Assembly (NCBI GenBank): GCA_001774685.1
Contig: MFAS01000001.1
Span: 543,557-607,556 of the forward strand
Direction: 5' to 3'
Length of the DNA: 64,000 bases
Origin: Candidatus Collierbacteria bacterium RIFOXYD2_FULL_45_13
GTDB taxonomy: Bacteria; Patescibacteriota; Microgenomatia; UBA1400; MFAQ01
A program made the position numbers and the translations under genes. Each line of letters opens with the position of its first letter. The stretch's first letter is position 1. Below are positions 46,183 through 57,372 of the stretch, in pieces. A model generated the notes under the pieces. It was not told the origin of the DNA, made no database searches, and worked only from the letters and a program-made list of their open reading frames with translations.

Positions 46183-47461
46183 ATACCTTTTTGCGGCGGT
46201 ACTTATCTTTATTCCGTTGTATCCAAAATTTCCTCTGTTCACCCTACCTTTTACTTATGTGGCCATCAGAGCCGAAGATTTTCTCATCGTTTTCGTTTGG
46301 TTTGTGTTTCTCATGCGATTGATCGTTCAAAGGCGGATAACGTTTCCCAAAATCAGCTTCCAGTTCGGAGTCTTTTTCTTTGTTGCTTTGGTATCCAGTC
46401 TCTCCGCTATCTTAATCACTAAGAACGTTGAACCATTGCTGGTCTTACTTCATTTAGCAAGGCGTTTTGAATACATGTCCGTGTTCTTCCTCATTTATTG
46501 GGCAGTCCGGGATGCCGGAACGCGCCGTTATTATTTGGAACTATCTGTACTTCCCGCTATCGGAGTTTTTCTATACGGTATCGCCCAAATATACTTTGGG
46601 GCACCCGTTATTTCCACCATGAACGCTGAATCAAGTAAAGGCATTGCCATGTTTCTTCGTCCGGGAGTCACTTTGAATAGTACATTTGCCGGTCATTACG
46701 ACTTAGCCGTCTACCTTACCATGATCCTCACTTTTCTGGTTGCTATTAGCGCTTCGGCAACATCCTGGCTCAGGCGATTGCCTGCTTTGTCTTTATTCAT
46801 CGCCATTCTTTGGCTTTTTATGCAGGCCGGATCCAGAATTTCTCTCGTCAGTTTAGTTCTCTCGGTTTGTGTGGTTTGTTATCTCTACCGGCAATACTTA
46901 CTGGGATTTGTTTTTATTTGTTTGATTTTTGCCTCCATCGCTACCTCATCTCAATACATTAGCCGTTTCAAAAGCATCTTCCATTTTGTTACCACTCGTA
47001 CTTCTGAAGTGATGGTTAAGCCTGTTTTGGCCGCAGTCGCCACACTCTCAGCCACACCAGTAAACGAAATTGTTCCTGTCGCACCTCCCGATATTTCCAC
47101 CAGTATCCGTCTCAATGTAGAGTGGCCAAGAGCTATTCGCGCTTTTTACAAGAATCCTCTTTTGGGCACAGGCTATTCATCTATTAGTTTGGCCACCGAC
47201 AACGATTACCTTCGGGCTTTAGGTGAAACGGGTATCTTGGGTTTGCTCTCTTTCCTGGCCCTGTTACTAGCCATTGGAAAACACCTGTTGAAACAGATCA
47301 AAAAAACCTCCGGCGTCGACAAAATAATTATCATTTCCGCTATCGGTATTTTTGTCTCGTTCTTATCCACCGCCACCTTTATCGACGTTTTTGAGTCAAG
47401 TAAGATAGCCATCCTTTTTTGGGCTTTTATGGGATTAGCATTTAGTGCACAATCAAAATGA
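46133..47461 (+). CDS. O-antigen ligase/Wzy_C family protein (WaaL/O-OTase-like)
   Basis: Multi-TM; motifs STFAGH, GSR, R..WPRAI..NPLLGTG and DNDYLR.LGETGILG. Confidence 0.8.
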   Translation: MKKLVEHTYSVLDILYKYLFAAVLIFIPLYPKFPLFTLPFTYVAIRAEDFLIVFVWFVFLMRLIVQRRITFPKISFQFGVFFFVALVSSLSAILITKNVEPLLVLLHLARRFEYMSVFFLIYWAVRDAGTRRYYLELSVLPAIGVFLYGIAQIYFGAPVISTMNAESSKGIAMFLRPGVTLNSTFAGHYDLAVYLTMILTFLVAISASATSWLRRLPALSLFIAILWLFMQAGSRISLVSLVLSVCVVCYLYRQYLLGFVFICLIFASIATSSQYISRFKSIFHFVTTRTSEVMVKPVLAAVATLSATPVNEIVPVAPPDISTSIRLNVEWPRAIRAFYKNPLLGTGYSSISLATDNDYLRALGETGILGLLSFLALLLAIGKHLLKQIKKTSGVDKIIIISAIGIFVSFLSTATFIDVFESSKIAILFWAFMGLAFSAQSK

Positions 47462-48879
47462 TCAAGAAGATTCTTATTCTATTGGTGTTAGTCTTGGCTC
47501 TCTTCCTGAGGCTATACAAGATAGACAACCCGGTAGCCGACTGGCACTCCTTTCGTCAAGCAGACACGGCCTCTGTCGGCCGGAACTATATTGAAAAAGG
47601 AGTCAACCTCTTGGTCCCGACCTATCACGATAACTCCAACATACAGTCCGGTAAAGATAATCCGAATGGTTATCGTATGGTTGAATTTCCTCTTTACAAT
47701 CTACTTCATTACGGTGTCTATCAGATCCACCCTGCATGGGGTATCGATAAAGCGGGGCGTCTGACATCCGTTTTCCTGTCACTCATCTCGATCTACCTCG
47801 TCTATTTAATTGGTAGAAAACTTTCCGGGTTCTTTGTCGGTTTAATCGCCGCCCTCTTTATGGCGATACTCCCTTTCAATATCTATTATTCTCGGGTTAT
47901 CTTGCCGGAACCTTTAATGATTGCCTCGGTTTTAGCTTCATATTGGTACCTTATCAAAATGTCTGAAAGTGTCGGAGTCAAGAAAAGATTAAACCTTACA
48001 ATCAGCGCGATTCTTTTCGCCGTTGCAATCATGGTTAAGCCATTCGCTGTCTTCTTTGCCCTTCCTCATGCCGCAATAATTTTCCGCTCGTGGGCCAAAG
48101 CTGAGCTAAACACTTTAGATATCATTCTATTTAGTATCTTAGGTGTTACGCCCCTAATCTGGTGGAGGTACCATATTCTCAGCTACCCCACCGGTATTCC
48201 TGCAAGCGACTGGCTCCTAAATTCCAGCGGTATCCGCTTCAGGCCTGCATGGTTCAGGTGGTTGTTTAGCGAAAGGATAGGCAAGCTGATCCTGGGTGTC
48301 TACGGCACCGCCTTCTTAACGCTCGGACTGATCGCTAAACCCAGAAAAGAGGGGGTTTCCTATTGGCTTTGGGCCATAGGCATTCTGCTTTATTTTTCGA
48401 TAGTTGCGGGGGGAAACGTCCAACACGATTATTATCAAGCAATTATTATTCCCTTTATATGTTTCATTTTGGCGAAGGGAGTTGCCTTGGTCCTAAGCTT
48501 ATCCAGGACTACCTACTCCAGATTGTTAACGATTCTGATGACTGTCACCATCTTCATCTCAATGATTTCGCTCTCCTGGTATGAAATCAAGGGTTATTAT
48601 CAGATCAATAACTGGCCGATAGTCGAGTCCGGAAAAGAGGTTGAAAGATTGACACCCAAAGATGCCAAAGTGATTGCACCTTACAACGGTGATACGGCTT
48701 TCCTATATCAAACCCATCGTTCTGGTTGGCCCATAGGCTACGACATCGAAGACAAAATAGCCAAAGGAGCTACTTACTATGTCTCGGTTGTTTACGATGA
48801 TGAAGCTCGTACCCTCGAGAAAAAGTACACCTTAGTTGAAAAAACAGACCGCTTTATTATCATTAAACTTACTAAATAA
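47458..48879 (+). CDS. GT-C (ArnT/PMT-like) membrane glycosyltransferase
   Basis: Motifs WHSFRQADTA, EFPLY, YYSRVILPE and HDYYQ. Confidence 0.85.
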   Translation: MIKKILILLVLVLALFLRLYKIDNPVADWHSFRQADTASVGRNYIEKGVNLLVPTYHDNSNIQSGKDNPNGYRMVEFPLYNLLHYGVYQIHPAWGIDKAGRLTSVFLSLISIYLVYLIGRKLSGFFVGLIAALFMAILPFNIYYSRVILPEPLMIASVLASYWYLIKMSESVGVKKRLNLTISAILFAVAIMVKPFAVFFALPHAAIIFRSWAKAELNTLDIILFSILGVTPLIWWRYHILSYPTGIPASDWLLNSSGIRFRPAWFRWLFSERIGKLILGVYGTAFLTLGLIAKPRKEGVSYWLWAIGILLYFSIVAGGNVQHDYYQAIIIPFICFILAKGVALVLSLSRTTYSRLLTILMTVTIFISMISLSWYEIKGYYQINNWPIVESGKEVERLTPKDAKVIAPYNGDTAFLYQTHRSGWPIGYDIEDKIAKGATYYVSVVYDDEARTLEKKYTLVEKTDRFIIIKLTK

Positions 48880-50079
48880 ATGAAAATCCTCATGCTTACC
48901 CCTTATCTTCCCTATCCGGATAGCTCGGGTGGGCAGATAAGGACACAAAACCTACTGAAGCACTTGTGCAAAAACCACGAAATCACCCTAGTATCTCTAA
49001 TCAAGGATGCTAAAGAAAACGAAAACATTATGCATTTGTTGAAATACTGTAAGAAAGTCATGACCTTTCAAAGAAGCGCCACACCCTGGACATTAAAAAA
49101 CATTCTTAAAACCGGTTTTTCTTTTGATCCCTTTCTTATCGTCAGAAACTTTGCTCCGGGTGTTAAAGAGGCAGTCACCAAAGAGCTGGAAACGGGGGAG
49201 TACGATCTCGTTCACGCCGAAACATTTTATGTCATGCCCAGTATTCCCAAAACAGACCTTCCTATTATTCTGGTAGACCAAACCATTGAGTATCTCGTCT
49301 ATCAACACTATGTCAACGAAACCGCTCCCTGGTATCTCAAACCATTACTCCAAATAGATGTTGAAAAAATGAAGTTCTCTGAGAGATTTTACTGGCGCAA
49401 AGCTTCACAGGTAGTGGCGGTTTCCGAAGCAGATAAAAGAGAAATGCTCAAACTGGAACCGGAACTGAACGTCGAAATTGTTCCGAACGGTGTAAATCTT
49501 GATCTGTTTAGAAAAAAAACCAATTGGAGTACCAAAGAAAAAGCGATCCTATTAATCAGCAACTTCAAGTGGCTCCAAAACGTCGAAGCTGCCCACTTAC
49601 TAATAAACAAGGTCTTTCCGTTGGTTCAGGACAAGGTCAAAGGAGTCAAGCTCTGGATCATTGGTCAATATGTACCGAAAGAGATTATTGAGATAAAAGA
49701 GAAGGACATTCTGGTCAAGTCTGTTCCGGAGGAAGACGTTCAAACCTTGGTTGACGCCTGGCACGATGCCACAGTTTTTGCTTCCACCATCAAAGGCCCC
49801 GGCGGGACCCGTCTCAAAAACCTGGCCGCTATGGCTAGTCAGCTTCCAATCGTGTCTACCAAGGTAGGCGTGGAGGGGCTCATGGTTGAAGATAAGAAGC
49901 ACGTTCTGATCGGCAATACACCGGCCAAAATCGCCGATTTACTGGTAAAAGTGATAAAATCACCCAGTTTGGCAGAGCATCTTGCTTTGTCGACCAGGCA
50001 CCATGTCGAAATGAACTTCGATTGGCGGATTATCGCCAAAGGCCTGGACTCCCTCTACAACAAACTCGGTAAAAAATGA
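48880..50079 (+). CDS. GT4 glycosyltransferase
   Basis: Motifs [16 protein letters not shown] and GGTRLK..AMA..PIVST..G.EGL. Confidence 0.87.
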   Translation: MKILMLTPYLPYPDSSGGQIRTQNLLKHLCKNHEITLVSLIKDAKENENIMHLLKYCKKVMTFQRSATPWTLKNILKTGFSFDPFLIVRNFAPGVKEAVTKELETGEYDLVHAETFYVMPSIPKTDLPIILVDQTIEYLVYQHYVNETAPWYLKPLLQIDVEKMKFSERFYWRKASQVVAVSEADKREMLKLEPELNVEIVPNGVNLDLFRKKTNWSTKEKAILLISNFKWLQNVEAAHLLINKVFPLVQDKVKGVKLWIIGQYVPKEIIEIKEKDILVKSVPEEDVQTLVDAWHDATVFASTIKGPGGTRLKNLAAMASQLPIVSTKVGVEGLMVEDKKHVLIGNTPAKIADLLVKVIKSPSLAEHLALSTRHHVEMNFDWRIIAKGLDSLYNKLGKK

Positions 50080-51002
50080 AAAAATATAAATACGATTTGG
50101 CGGTTATTATCGTCAATTACAACACAAAACAACTATTGGAAGACTGTCTTAGCTCGGTTTTTAAGGCCGACCAGCCCAAAGACGGTCTTCAAGTCATTGT
50201 GGTCGATAACGGCTCAAAGGATGGAAGTTTGGAGCTTCTTGCCCGGATGGAAAAGAAGTACCCCAATCTTCTTGTCATCGCCAACTCGGAGAATCTTGGC
50301 TTTGCCAAGGCTAACAATATCGGGGTTGACAGTAGTGACGCCAAACATATTCTTTTCCTAAACTCAGATACTGTTGTTAAGCGCTATAGCCTTGTAAAGC
50401 CCCGCAAGTTCCTCAAAGATCATCCCAAAGTTGGCGCCGTCACCATCAAGCTTTTCCTTAAGGACGGTAGCATTGACTACGACAACCATCGCGGATTTCC
50501 CACCCCTTGGGCTGCTTTAACCAAGTTCTCCGGTCTCTCCACCCTTTTTCCCAAGTCGACATTTTTTAATAGTTATCATCTGGGCCACCGCGGTCTAGAT
50601 AGAATTCACCAAATCCCTGTCGCCGCCGGTTCTTATATGATGATGCCCACCAAACTGTTCCACCAGATTGGTATGTGGGACGAAACCTACTTCTTTTATG
50701 GAGAAGATATCGACCTCTGCTATCGAATCAACCAAGCTGGGTACAAAATTATTTACTATCCCAAAGTCAGCACCTTGCATTTGAGGGGAGCCTCTTCGGG
50801 TCTTAGAAAAGAAAACGCCAAGACCGCTGTTTCCAGCAAAGCTAACCGTTTAAAAGTGGCCAAAGCTTCTACAGACGCTTGGAGAATCTTCTATAAGAAA
50901 TTCTATTCAGACAAGTATCCCTTTATTGTTACGGCTACCGTGGTTACCGGTATCACCATCTTGGGTAATATTAGAGTATTAAAACACAGGCTCACAAAAT
51001 GA
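50076..51002 (+). CDS. GT2 glycosyltransferase (WbbL-like)
   Basis: Motifs [20 protein letters not shown] and [14 protein letters not shown]. Confidence 0.88.
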   Translation: MKKYKYDLAVIIVNYNTKQLLEDCLSSVFKADQPKDGLQVIVVDNGSKDGSLELLARMEKKYPNLLVIANSENLGFAKANNIGVDSSDAKHILFLNSDTVVKRYSLVKPRKFLKDHPKVGAVTIKLFLKDGSIDYDNHRGFPTPWAALTKFSGLSTLFPKSTFFNSYHLGHRGLDRIHQIPVAAGSYMMMPTKLFHQIGMWDETYFFYGEDIDLCYRINQAGYKIIYYPKVSTLHLRGASSGLRKENAKTAVSSKANRLKVAKASTDAWRIFYKKFYSDKYPFIVTATVVTGITILGNIRVLKHRLTK

Positions 51003-52135
51003 GAATAGGTATCGACGCCCGTCTATATGGCCTGGAACATGCAGGGCTCGGTAGGTATGTGATGAAACTAGTCGAAAACATTTTGAAACTCGACAAAAAG
51101 AACGACTATGTTCTTTTCCTAAGGACGCCTCATAAAGACGCCTTTAAAGGCAAAAACAGAGTCACGGTTATTGAATGTAATGTTCCTATTTACGGTCTCA
51201 CAGAACAGCTTGTCCTTCCTTTCATTTTTGCCAAAGAAAAGCTGGACCTTCTTCACGTTCCCCATTTCAACGCACCGCTATTCTACCCCCACAAATTTAT
51301 CCTTACTGTTCATGACCTGATCAAACACGACTCAAAGGGACCCGAGACCACTACGAGAGCGCCCTGGCTCTATATTGTCAAAAGGCTTGGTTACTTATTT
51401 CTGACGAGATCCATTGCTTTTAGGGCGTCCGCAATACTCGTTCCCTCAGGTTTTGTCCGAGACGATCTAATTAAACGTCTCAAAATACCCGCAGATAAAA
51501 TCACCGTCACCTACGAAGCCACCTCATCAAGTTTAAAAGATATTGTTCTCTCTCAAAATGCCGCGAAAGAAGTTCTTTCCAAATATGGATTATCACAACC
51601 GATTTTAGTTTATACCGGTAGTCTTTATCCTCACAAAAATGTAGATTTGCTTATCGATGCTGTCGTCAAGCACAACGAAAATAAAGAGGTAGATCTGCAG
51701 CTGGCCTTGATTTGTTCACGGACGGTATTTTGGAACAGGACCTACGAAAAAATAAAGAACAGGGGCTTGGAGGGTGTCGTGAAAATGCTTGGTTTTGTCG
51801 ACGACGAAAATCTTTCCAAGATATATAGTTTGGCGCTTGCGCTCGTACATCCGAGTAAACTGGAAGGCTTTGGTCTGACCGGCCTGGAGGCTATGAGCGT
51901 CGGCCTTCCGGTGATTTCATCGAATGCCAGTTGCCTGCCGGAAGTTTATGGTCAGGCGGCCTTGTATTTTGACCCGGAAAGTGTTGACGACCTTGTCTCC
52001 AAAATTGATATGCTGATAAAACACCCAGACCTCAGAGAACATTTATCGGAGGCCGGCTATCAGCAAGTTCGCAAGTACTCCTGGGAAAGAATGGCGCGGG
52101 AAACCATCTCGGTTTATAAAACTCTACTGAAATGA
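50999..52135 (+). CDS. GT4 glycosyltransferase (MtfB-like)
   Basis: Motifs GIDAR..GLGRY, TVHDL, PHKN and EGFGL..LEAM. Confidence 0.9.
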   Translation: MRIGIDARLYGLEHAGLGRYVMKLVENILKLDKKNDYVLFLRTPHKDAFKGKNRVTVIECNVPIYGLTEQLVLPFIFAKEKLDLLHVPHFNAPLFYPHKFILTVHDLIKHDSKGPETTTRAPWLYIVKRLGYLFLTRSIAFRASAILVPSGFVRDDLIKRLKIPADKITVTYEATSSSLKDIVLSQNAAKEVLSKYGLSQPILVYTGSLYPHKNVDLLIDAVVKHNENKEVDLQLALICSRTVFWNRTYEKIKNRGLEGVVKMLGFVDDENLSKIYSLALALVHPSKLEGFGLTGLEAMSVGLPVISSNASCLPEVYGQAALYFDPESVDDLVSKIDMLIKHPDLREHLSEAGYQQVRKYSWERMARETISVYKTLLK

Positions 52136-53229
52136 AAATAGCTCTGGTTTATGATCGGATCAACAAATTTGGAGGAGCCGAAAGACTCTTGTTATCTCTT
52201 CACCGCCTGTATCCGGACGCACCTATTTATACTTTGGTTCACGAACCAAAAACATCCCATTGGGCGGAAGATATCCGGATTACCCCAACCTTTTTAAACA
52301 GAGTTTCCTTCTTAAGGTCCAAACACGAGTGGCTAGCCCCCATTGCCCCATTAGCTTTCGAAACCCACGATTTATCGGAATTCGAAGTTGTGATTAGCAT
52401 CACAAGTGGTGATGCTAAGTCAATTATTACTAGACCTCACCAGCTTCACGTCTGTTATTGCCTCACCCCGACAAGGTATTTTTGGAGCGGAGTTTCGGAA
52501 TATAAAGAAGACAAAAAACTTAAATATATTCCAGCGGTTATCAGAGAATATTTTAAATCAGTGGATCTGGTTATCTCTCAAAGGCCGGATGAATACATTT
52601 CTATATCAAACGAAGTTCAAGACAGAGTAAAAAAATACTACAAAAGAACTTCCAAGGTTGTCTACCCTCCAATCGAGGACAAGTTCTATACAAAAACCCA
52701 AATATCTCCTGATAACAGAGACTATTATCTAATTGTTTCTAGATTGGTGCCTTACAAGAAGGTTGATCTGGCCATTTCCACCTTTAACCGGTTAAAGTTG
52801 CCACTGATTGTCGTCGGCATCGGAAGTGAACAAAGAAAATTAAAAAAAATGGCAGGTAATAATATTTCCTTTGTCGGTGCTGTAGACGATCGGCAACTAA
52901 TCCAATATTACCGTCACGCAAAAGCTTTAATATTTCCTCAGGAAGAAGATTTTGGCTTGGTACCCTTAGAGTCTCAGGCCTCCGGTACCCCAGTCATTGC
53001 TTACGCAAAAGGGGGGGCTCTAGAAACCGTCATCTCCGGTCAAACGGGTTATTTTTTCGATGAACAAAACGAAGAGTCACTTAGCCTTGCTATCCACCAA
53101 TTTGAAAAAAAACTGCTGCGTCCCGAAACTTGTGTCCAAAATGCAGAGAGATTCAATTTCAATGCTTTTTCTTCCCGATTTTCCGAAATGATTAATTCTT
53201 ACTACGAAAGTTATAAGGTCTCTTCCTAG
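52132..53229 (+). CDS. GT4 glycosyltransferase (WbaZ-like mannosyltransferase)
   Basis: Motifs GGAER, CYCLTPTRY, SRLVPYKK and EEDFGLVPLESQASGTPVIA. Confidence 0.88.
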   Translation: MKIALVYDRINKFGGAERLLLSLHRLYPDAPIYTLVHEPKTSHWAEDIRITPTFLNRVSFLRSKHEWLAPIAPLAFETHDLSEFEVVISITSGDAKSIITRPHQLHVCYCLTPTRYFWSGVSEYKEDKKLKYIPAVIREYFKSVDLVISQRPDEYISISNEVQDRVKKYYKRTSKVVYPPIEDKFYTKTQISPDNRDYYLIVSRLVPYKKVDLAISTFNRLKLPLIVVGIGSEQRKLKKMAGNNISFVGAVDDRQLIQYYRHAKALIFPQEEDFGLVPLESQASGTPVIAYAKGGALETVISGQTGYFFDEQNEESLSLAIHQFEKKLLRPETCVQNAERFNFNAFSSRFSEMINSYYESYKVSS

Positions 53230-54248
53230 ACAACTTCTCCCACGCTACCGCATTTATCTTTTTTGCATACCAGTATTCCGCCATTTCCTTCGACAACCAC
53301 AATGTCGTTTAAACCCAAAATAGCAATTTTCATTTTGTTTTCACTGTAACAGAACGAGTTGGTGCTTTCCACTTCTATCGTTCCGCCATTCTTAGGCGAC
53401 ATATCATTATCGGCATAGTATTTATCCAGTGACTCCCATGTTCCGAAATCAGTCCACTCAAAAGGATGCTCGATCACTAAAAACTTTCGGTCGGGGATCG
53501 CCTTCTTCGTAACCTCTTCCAATGCTCCCTTAGGCATTTTTTGGAACTCGGTTCTTACGTCCGATCCGGATGCAATCTTGGCCAAAGGACCGTACCAGTC
53601 TGGACGATATTTGTGGAACATTTTGAGTAAGTTGTTCGGAGTCATCGAAGTGTGGTTTGTATGAACCAAAAGCCTGCCTGTTTTGAAATTTTCACGGATC
53701 TTGTCAACGTCGTTTCGATCAACATATTCATCTACTTCAAATATCTTCGCCTCATCCAATTCACCTATCTGCCTACCCTTCAACAAAAAATCGACACCCT
53801 TCAGCATTCTCGTTGGGACAAAACCCCCGGAGATATATTGATCGGAACTGGTGGCCAGTTTCTCGGCCAGATCCATACTTAAGAAGAATTTCTCGGACGG
53901 ACTCCGAAGAACATCCACTTGGACCAAAAAGAACGGCTCGTCACCTCTTCCCAGCTTTTTAAGCATAGCCGCCGCCAAACCGGTAGCCGGACCCTGATTT
54001 CTCGATTCAGGCTCAATAAACACATTATTTTCAATAACTTCAGGCACTATTCTCTTGATAATCTTTGCTTGCTCCTGGTTAGTTTGGATAAAGATTTCTT
54101 CGGGCTGATATCTGTTTCTAAGCATCTCCCAATTAAGCTCAAATAAGGACCGATCTGAGATTAGGGGCAAAAACTGTTTCGGGAGAGAAGGCGTGCTCAG
54201 AGGCCACATTTTTGTGCCCACCCCCCCACAGATTATTACTGGTATCAT
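53226..54248 (-). CDS. manC: Mannose-1-phosphate guanylyltransferase (no cupin/PMI domain)
   Basis: Motifs VIICGGVGTKMWPLS..PKQFL, EPESRN and W.DFGTW. ATG 54248 chosen as start. Confidence 0.85.
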   Translation of the reverse strand: MIPVIICGGVGTKMWPLSTPSLPKQFLPLISDRSLFELNWEMLRNRYQPEEIFIQTNQEQAKIIKRIVPEVIENNVFIEPESRNQGPATGLAAAMLKKLGRGDEPFFLVQVDVLRSPSEKFFLSMDLAEKLATSSDQYISGGFVPTRMLKGVDFLLKGRQIGELDEAKIFEVDEYVDRNDVDKIRENFKTGRLLVHTNHTSMTPNNLLKMFHKYRPDWYGPLAKIASGSDVRTEFQKMPKGALEEVTKKAIPDRKFLVIEHPFEWTDFGTWESLDKYYADNDMSPKNGGTIEVESTNSFCYSENKMKIAILGLNDIVVVEGNGGILVCKKDKCGSVGEVV

Positions 54249-54308
54249 ATTCAAGCATTATAACGCACCCATTGTAACCAATTTTAGGTTAAAATATACC
54301 CACCTCTT

Positions 54309-54959
54309 ATGTTTTACGATATTTTGAAACGGATCATGGATGTTGTCGGAGCTGTTGTTATGGGTATCCTTTTCCTACCTATTTGGATCATTATCCCCAT
54401 CCTCCTCAAGCTGGATTCAAGGGGACCGGTATTTTACAAGCCGGAACGGGTTGGTAAGGATGGAAAGATCTTCAATATGTACAAGTTCAGGTCTATGAAA
54501 ATGTTTGAAGTAGAAGGAAAAGAGGTTCACGCGGTTGAATTTTGGAAACACAATCCTAAGCTATTCGAAAAATACAAAAAAAATGGCTGGAAACTGGAAC
54601 TCGACGAAGATCCTCGCATTACTAAGCTCGGTAAAATCCTGCGCCAAACCAGCATCGACGAAATGCCTCAGGTGATTAATGTGCTTAAGGGAGAGATGAG
54701 TATCGTTGGCCCCAGAGCCTATGTAGAACCGGAACTGCTGGATGCCAAGAAGAGATATGGCAAAACCATCGCCGGAGTTATTAAAGAGAGTCTCTCGGCC
54801 AAACCAGGCATTACCGGCCCATGGCAGGTTTCGGGACGAAATGAGATTCCTTGGAATCAGCGGGTAGCCATCGATGCCGATTATGCCAAGAGACGATCCA
54901 TTTTGTATGACACATACATTATCCTAAAAACTCCGTTTGCTATGATTAGTAAGTGGTAA
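54309..54959 (+). CDS. Initiating monotopic phosphoglycosyl transferase (Bac_transf; PglC/WbaP C-terminal type)
   Basis: Motifs KRIMD, YKFRSM, DPRIT..G..LR.TSIDE.PQ..NVLKGEMSIVGPR and KPGITG.WQVSGR. Confidence 0.92.
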   Translation: MFYDILKRIMDVVGAVVMGILFLPIWIIIPILLKLDSRGPVFYKPERVGKDGKIFNMYKFRSMKMFEVEGKEVHAVEFWKHNPKLFEKYKKNGWKLELDEDPRITKLGKILRQTSIDEMPQVINVLKGEMSIVGPRAYVEPELLDAKKRYGKTIAGVIKESLSAKPGITGPWQVSGRNEIPWNQRVAIDADYAKRRSILYDTYIILKTPFAMISKW

Positions 54960-54970
54960 TTTGCATTAAT

Positions 54971-56827
54971 ATGAAAAAGAAACTCTTATATGTTCTCTTC
55001 TCTCTGGTTATCATTATTCTGCTTCTGGGCGGTGCCGTTGCCTATGGTTACTTTACCGTCAAGTCATTTACCCCAAATATTCAGGCTCTCCAGCAGACGG
55101 GCTCCAAGCTCTCCACTGCTTTTCAGGGTCAAGACCTTGTGGTGGCAAAGTTGGAAGCACAAAACTTGAACCGTCAAATTGGTGAGTTGGATGTTAAATA
55201 CCGGAAGGTGGGCTGGGTTGGTTCTCTCCCGTTTTTGGGTGTATACCAACAGGACGGTCAGCACGGTATCAATGCAGGAAAATCTTTAATTAAATCGGTC
55301 GAAACTTTAATTGCCTCAGTCGAGCCGTATGCCGACCTTCTTGGGTTCAAAACAACGGGCATCGCCACCCCCTCCGGCCAGCCGAAGGCTCAATCCATTG
55401 AAGACAGAATTGTTTTCATGGCCGAAACTCTAGACAAAATTAGCCCTGATTTGGAAAAAGTCGAGAACGATATGGTCGCAGCCCAAAAAGAGCTCGAGCA
55501 AATCAATCCGGCACGTTATCCGGAAACTTTTTCCGGGAAGAACATTCGTAGCAAAATAGTCGAGATCAAATCTACCATTTCCGACTCAGCCAAGCTTCTG
55601 TCTCAGGCAAAACCGCTGATTAAACTACTACCCGATCTTTTGGGTAATCCAAATCCAAAAACATATATGGTTCTTTTTCAGAATGATGCCGAGCTACGAC
55701 CAACCGGAGGGTTCATGACGGCCTACGCTTTTTTGAGAGTTTCCAAAGGTAGGATTGAACCATTGTCTTCTTTTGATATTTACGATCTAGATGCCCGTTT
55801 CAATAAAAAGGTTCCGGCACCCGACGCCATCAAGAAGTACCTCAACGAAACCTATCTCAATCTTAGAAACTCAAACATCTCACCGGATTATAAAGTTTCC
55901 ATGGACCTCTTCTACAAATACTACAAAGACATTCCTGGCTTTCCACACCCTGACGCCATCGTGGCAATTGATACCCATTTTCCGGTCGAGATCCTCAAGG
56001 TGATTGGTCCAATTGGGGTGGGGGGTTGGGGTAACTTCGGTCCCCAAAACGATCCTGCCTGTGACTGTCCCCAGGTGGTCTATCAACTCGAGCTCATTGC
56101 AGACAGGCCTGTCGCAGGCTTCAGAGCCGGACGTAAGGCCGTTCTGGGACCTCTCATGCACTCCATGTTGGCGAACGCTATGGGTAGCCCCAAGCACACT
56201 TGGCCCAAACTGGTCAATGTTGTTCTGGACGCGATCAAACAAAAGCATTTACTCTTTTACTTCTTGGAAAATAAAACCCAAAAGGTAGCCGAAGATTTCA
56301 ACGCTGCCGGCCGAATCAGGCCGTATAGTTTTGACTACCTACACATCAACGATGCCAACTTTGGCGGGGCCAAGTCGGATATGTACATAACTCGTGAAGT
56401 AGAGCAAGAAATAGAAAAATCGGATAATATCACCACCAAGACGGTATCCATCAGTTACAACAATCCACGGAAGGGGAGTAATTGCAATCTGGAAGCTGGC
56501 CAGCTCTGTCTAAACGGAGTCTACCGGGATTACATTCGGTTGCTCGTCCCCAAAGGCTCAAAGTTGCTCTCGGTAGTCGGCTCCGAGGTCAAGGAAGTAG
56601 TTTCCGAAGACATGGACAAAACAGTTTTTGAAGCCTTCTTCACCATGAGACCACAGTCCAGCAGCAAGATAGTCTTCAAATATGAGCTGCCGCCCCTGGA
56701 CCTCTCCACTTATAAGATGCTCATCCAAAAACAACCGGGAACACCCTCCATCAAACACACGATTATTTTGAATGGCAATCAGATCGTCGTCGATGTAGAT
56801 CAGGACAAGGAAGTAATCTTAAATTAA
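54971..56827 (+). CDS. DUF4012-domain membrane-anchored protein
   Basis: N-terminal TM and helical region; motifs VLFQNDAELRPTGGF, N.GGAKSD and QKQPG. Confidence 0.8.
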   Translation: MKKKLLYVLFSLVIIILLLGGAVAYGYFTVKSFTPNIQALQQTGSKLSTAFQGQDLVVAKLEAQNLNRQIGELDVKYRKVGWVGSLPFLGVYQQDGQHGINAGKSLIKSVETLIASVEPYADLLGFKTTGIATPSGQPKAQSIEDRIVFMAETLDKISPDLEKVENDMVAAQKELEQINPARYPETFSGKNIRSKIVEIKSTISDSAKLLSQAKPLIKLLPDLLGNPNPKTYMVLFQNDAELRPTGGFMTAYAFLRVSKGRIEPLSSFDIYDLDARFNKKVPAPDAIKKYLNETYLNLRNSNISPDYKVSMDLFYKYYKDIPGFPHPDAIVAIDTHFPVEILKVIGPIGVGGWGNFGPQNDPACDCPQVVYQLELIADRPVAGFRAGRKAVLGPLMHSMLANAMGSPKHTWPKLVNVVLDAIKQKHLLFYFLENKTQKVAEDFNAAGRIRPYSFDYLHINDANFGGAKSDMYITREVEQEIEKSDNITTKTVSISYNNPRKGSNCNLEAGQLCLNGVYRDYIRLLVPKGSKLLSVVGSEVKEVVSEDMDKTVFEAFFTMRPQSSSKIVFKYELPPLDLSTYKMLIQKQPGTPSIKHTIILNGNQIVVDVDQDKEVILN

Positions 56828-57367
56828 GTGAACGCGCCATACTCTGATGTTGGTATCGTGGTGCGGGTAGTTGATTCGGGAGAAGCGGACAAATATATAA
56901 GTGTTGTATCTGAAAATCATGGTTTGAGTCTCTTTCAGGCCAGAGGAGTTAGGCGGGCGACATCCAAAAAATCTTCACATCTTGATCTGTTCAACCTGAT
57001 AAGGTTCAGCGTTGGTAGAGGCGAGAGTCCACGTTACATGAATCAGGTCGAATCGGTCGCCTATTTTCCGGGCATCAAATCAAGTTATGTCAAGGTCGGT
57101 ATCTGTATGACCATCACGGAAATCCTGGTCAACACCTTGCCTGTTGACTCCGAGGATCGGGAAATATTTATGTCCCTAAAATCATTTTTGGATGGTCTAG
57201 AAAAAGCCGTCAATCAAAAAGAAATTAACAATCTTAGCCGTCGGTTTGGACTCTTTCTTCTTAGACATCTTGGATATCCGCCACCAAGGTTTCCCGAAAA
57301 AGATAATTTGTCTACCTACTTTGAAGTCATTATGAACCGCAAAATTATCAGTAAAGATATAAAATAA
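56828..57367 (+). CDS. recO: DNA repair protein RecO (short form)
   Basis: N-terminal OB-fold pattern GIVVR..GEADK..HG..ARGVRR..SK. Confidence 0.85.
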   Translation: MNAPYSDVGIVVRVVDSGEADKYISVVSENHGLSLFQARGVRRATSKKSSHLDLFNLIRFSVGRGESPRYMNQVESVAYFPGIKSSYVKVGICMTITEILVNTLPVDSEDREIFMSLKSFLDGLEKAVNQKEINNLSRRFGLFLLRHLGYPPPRFPEKDNLSTYFEVIMNRKIISKDIK

Positions 57368-57372
57368 TCTCT

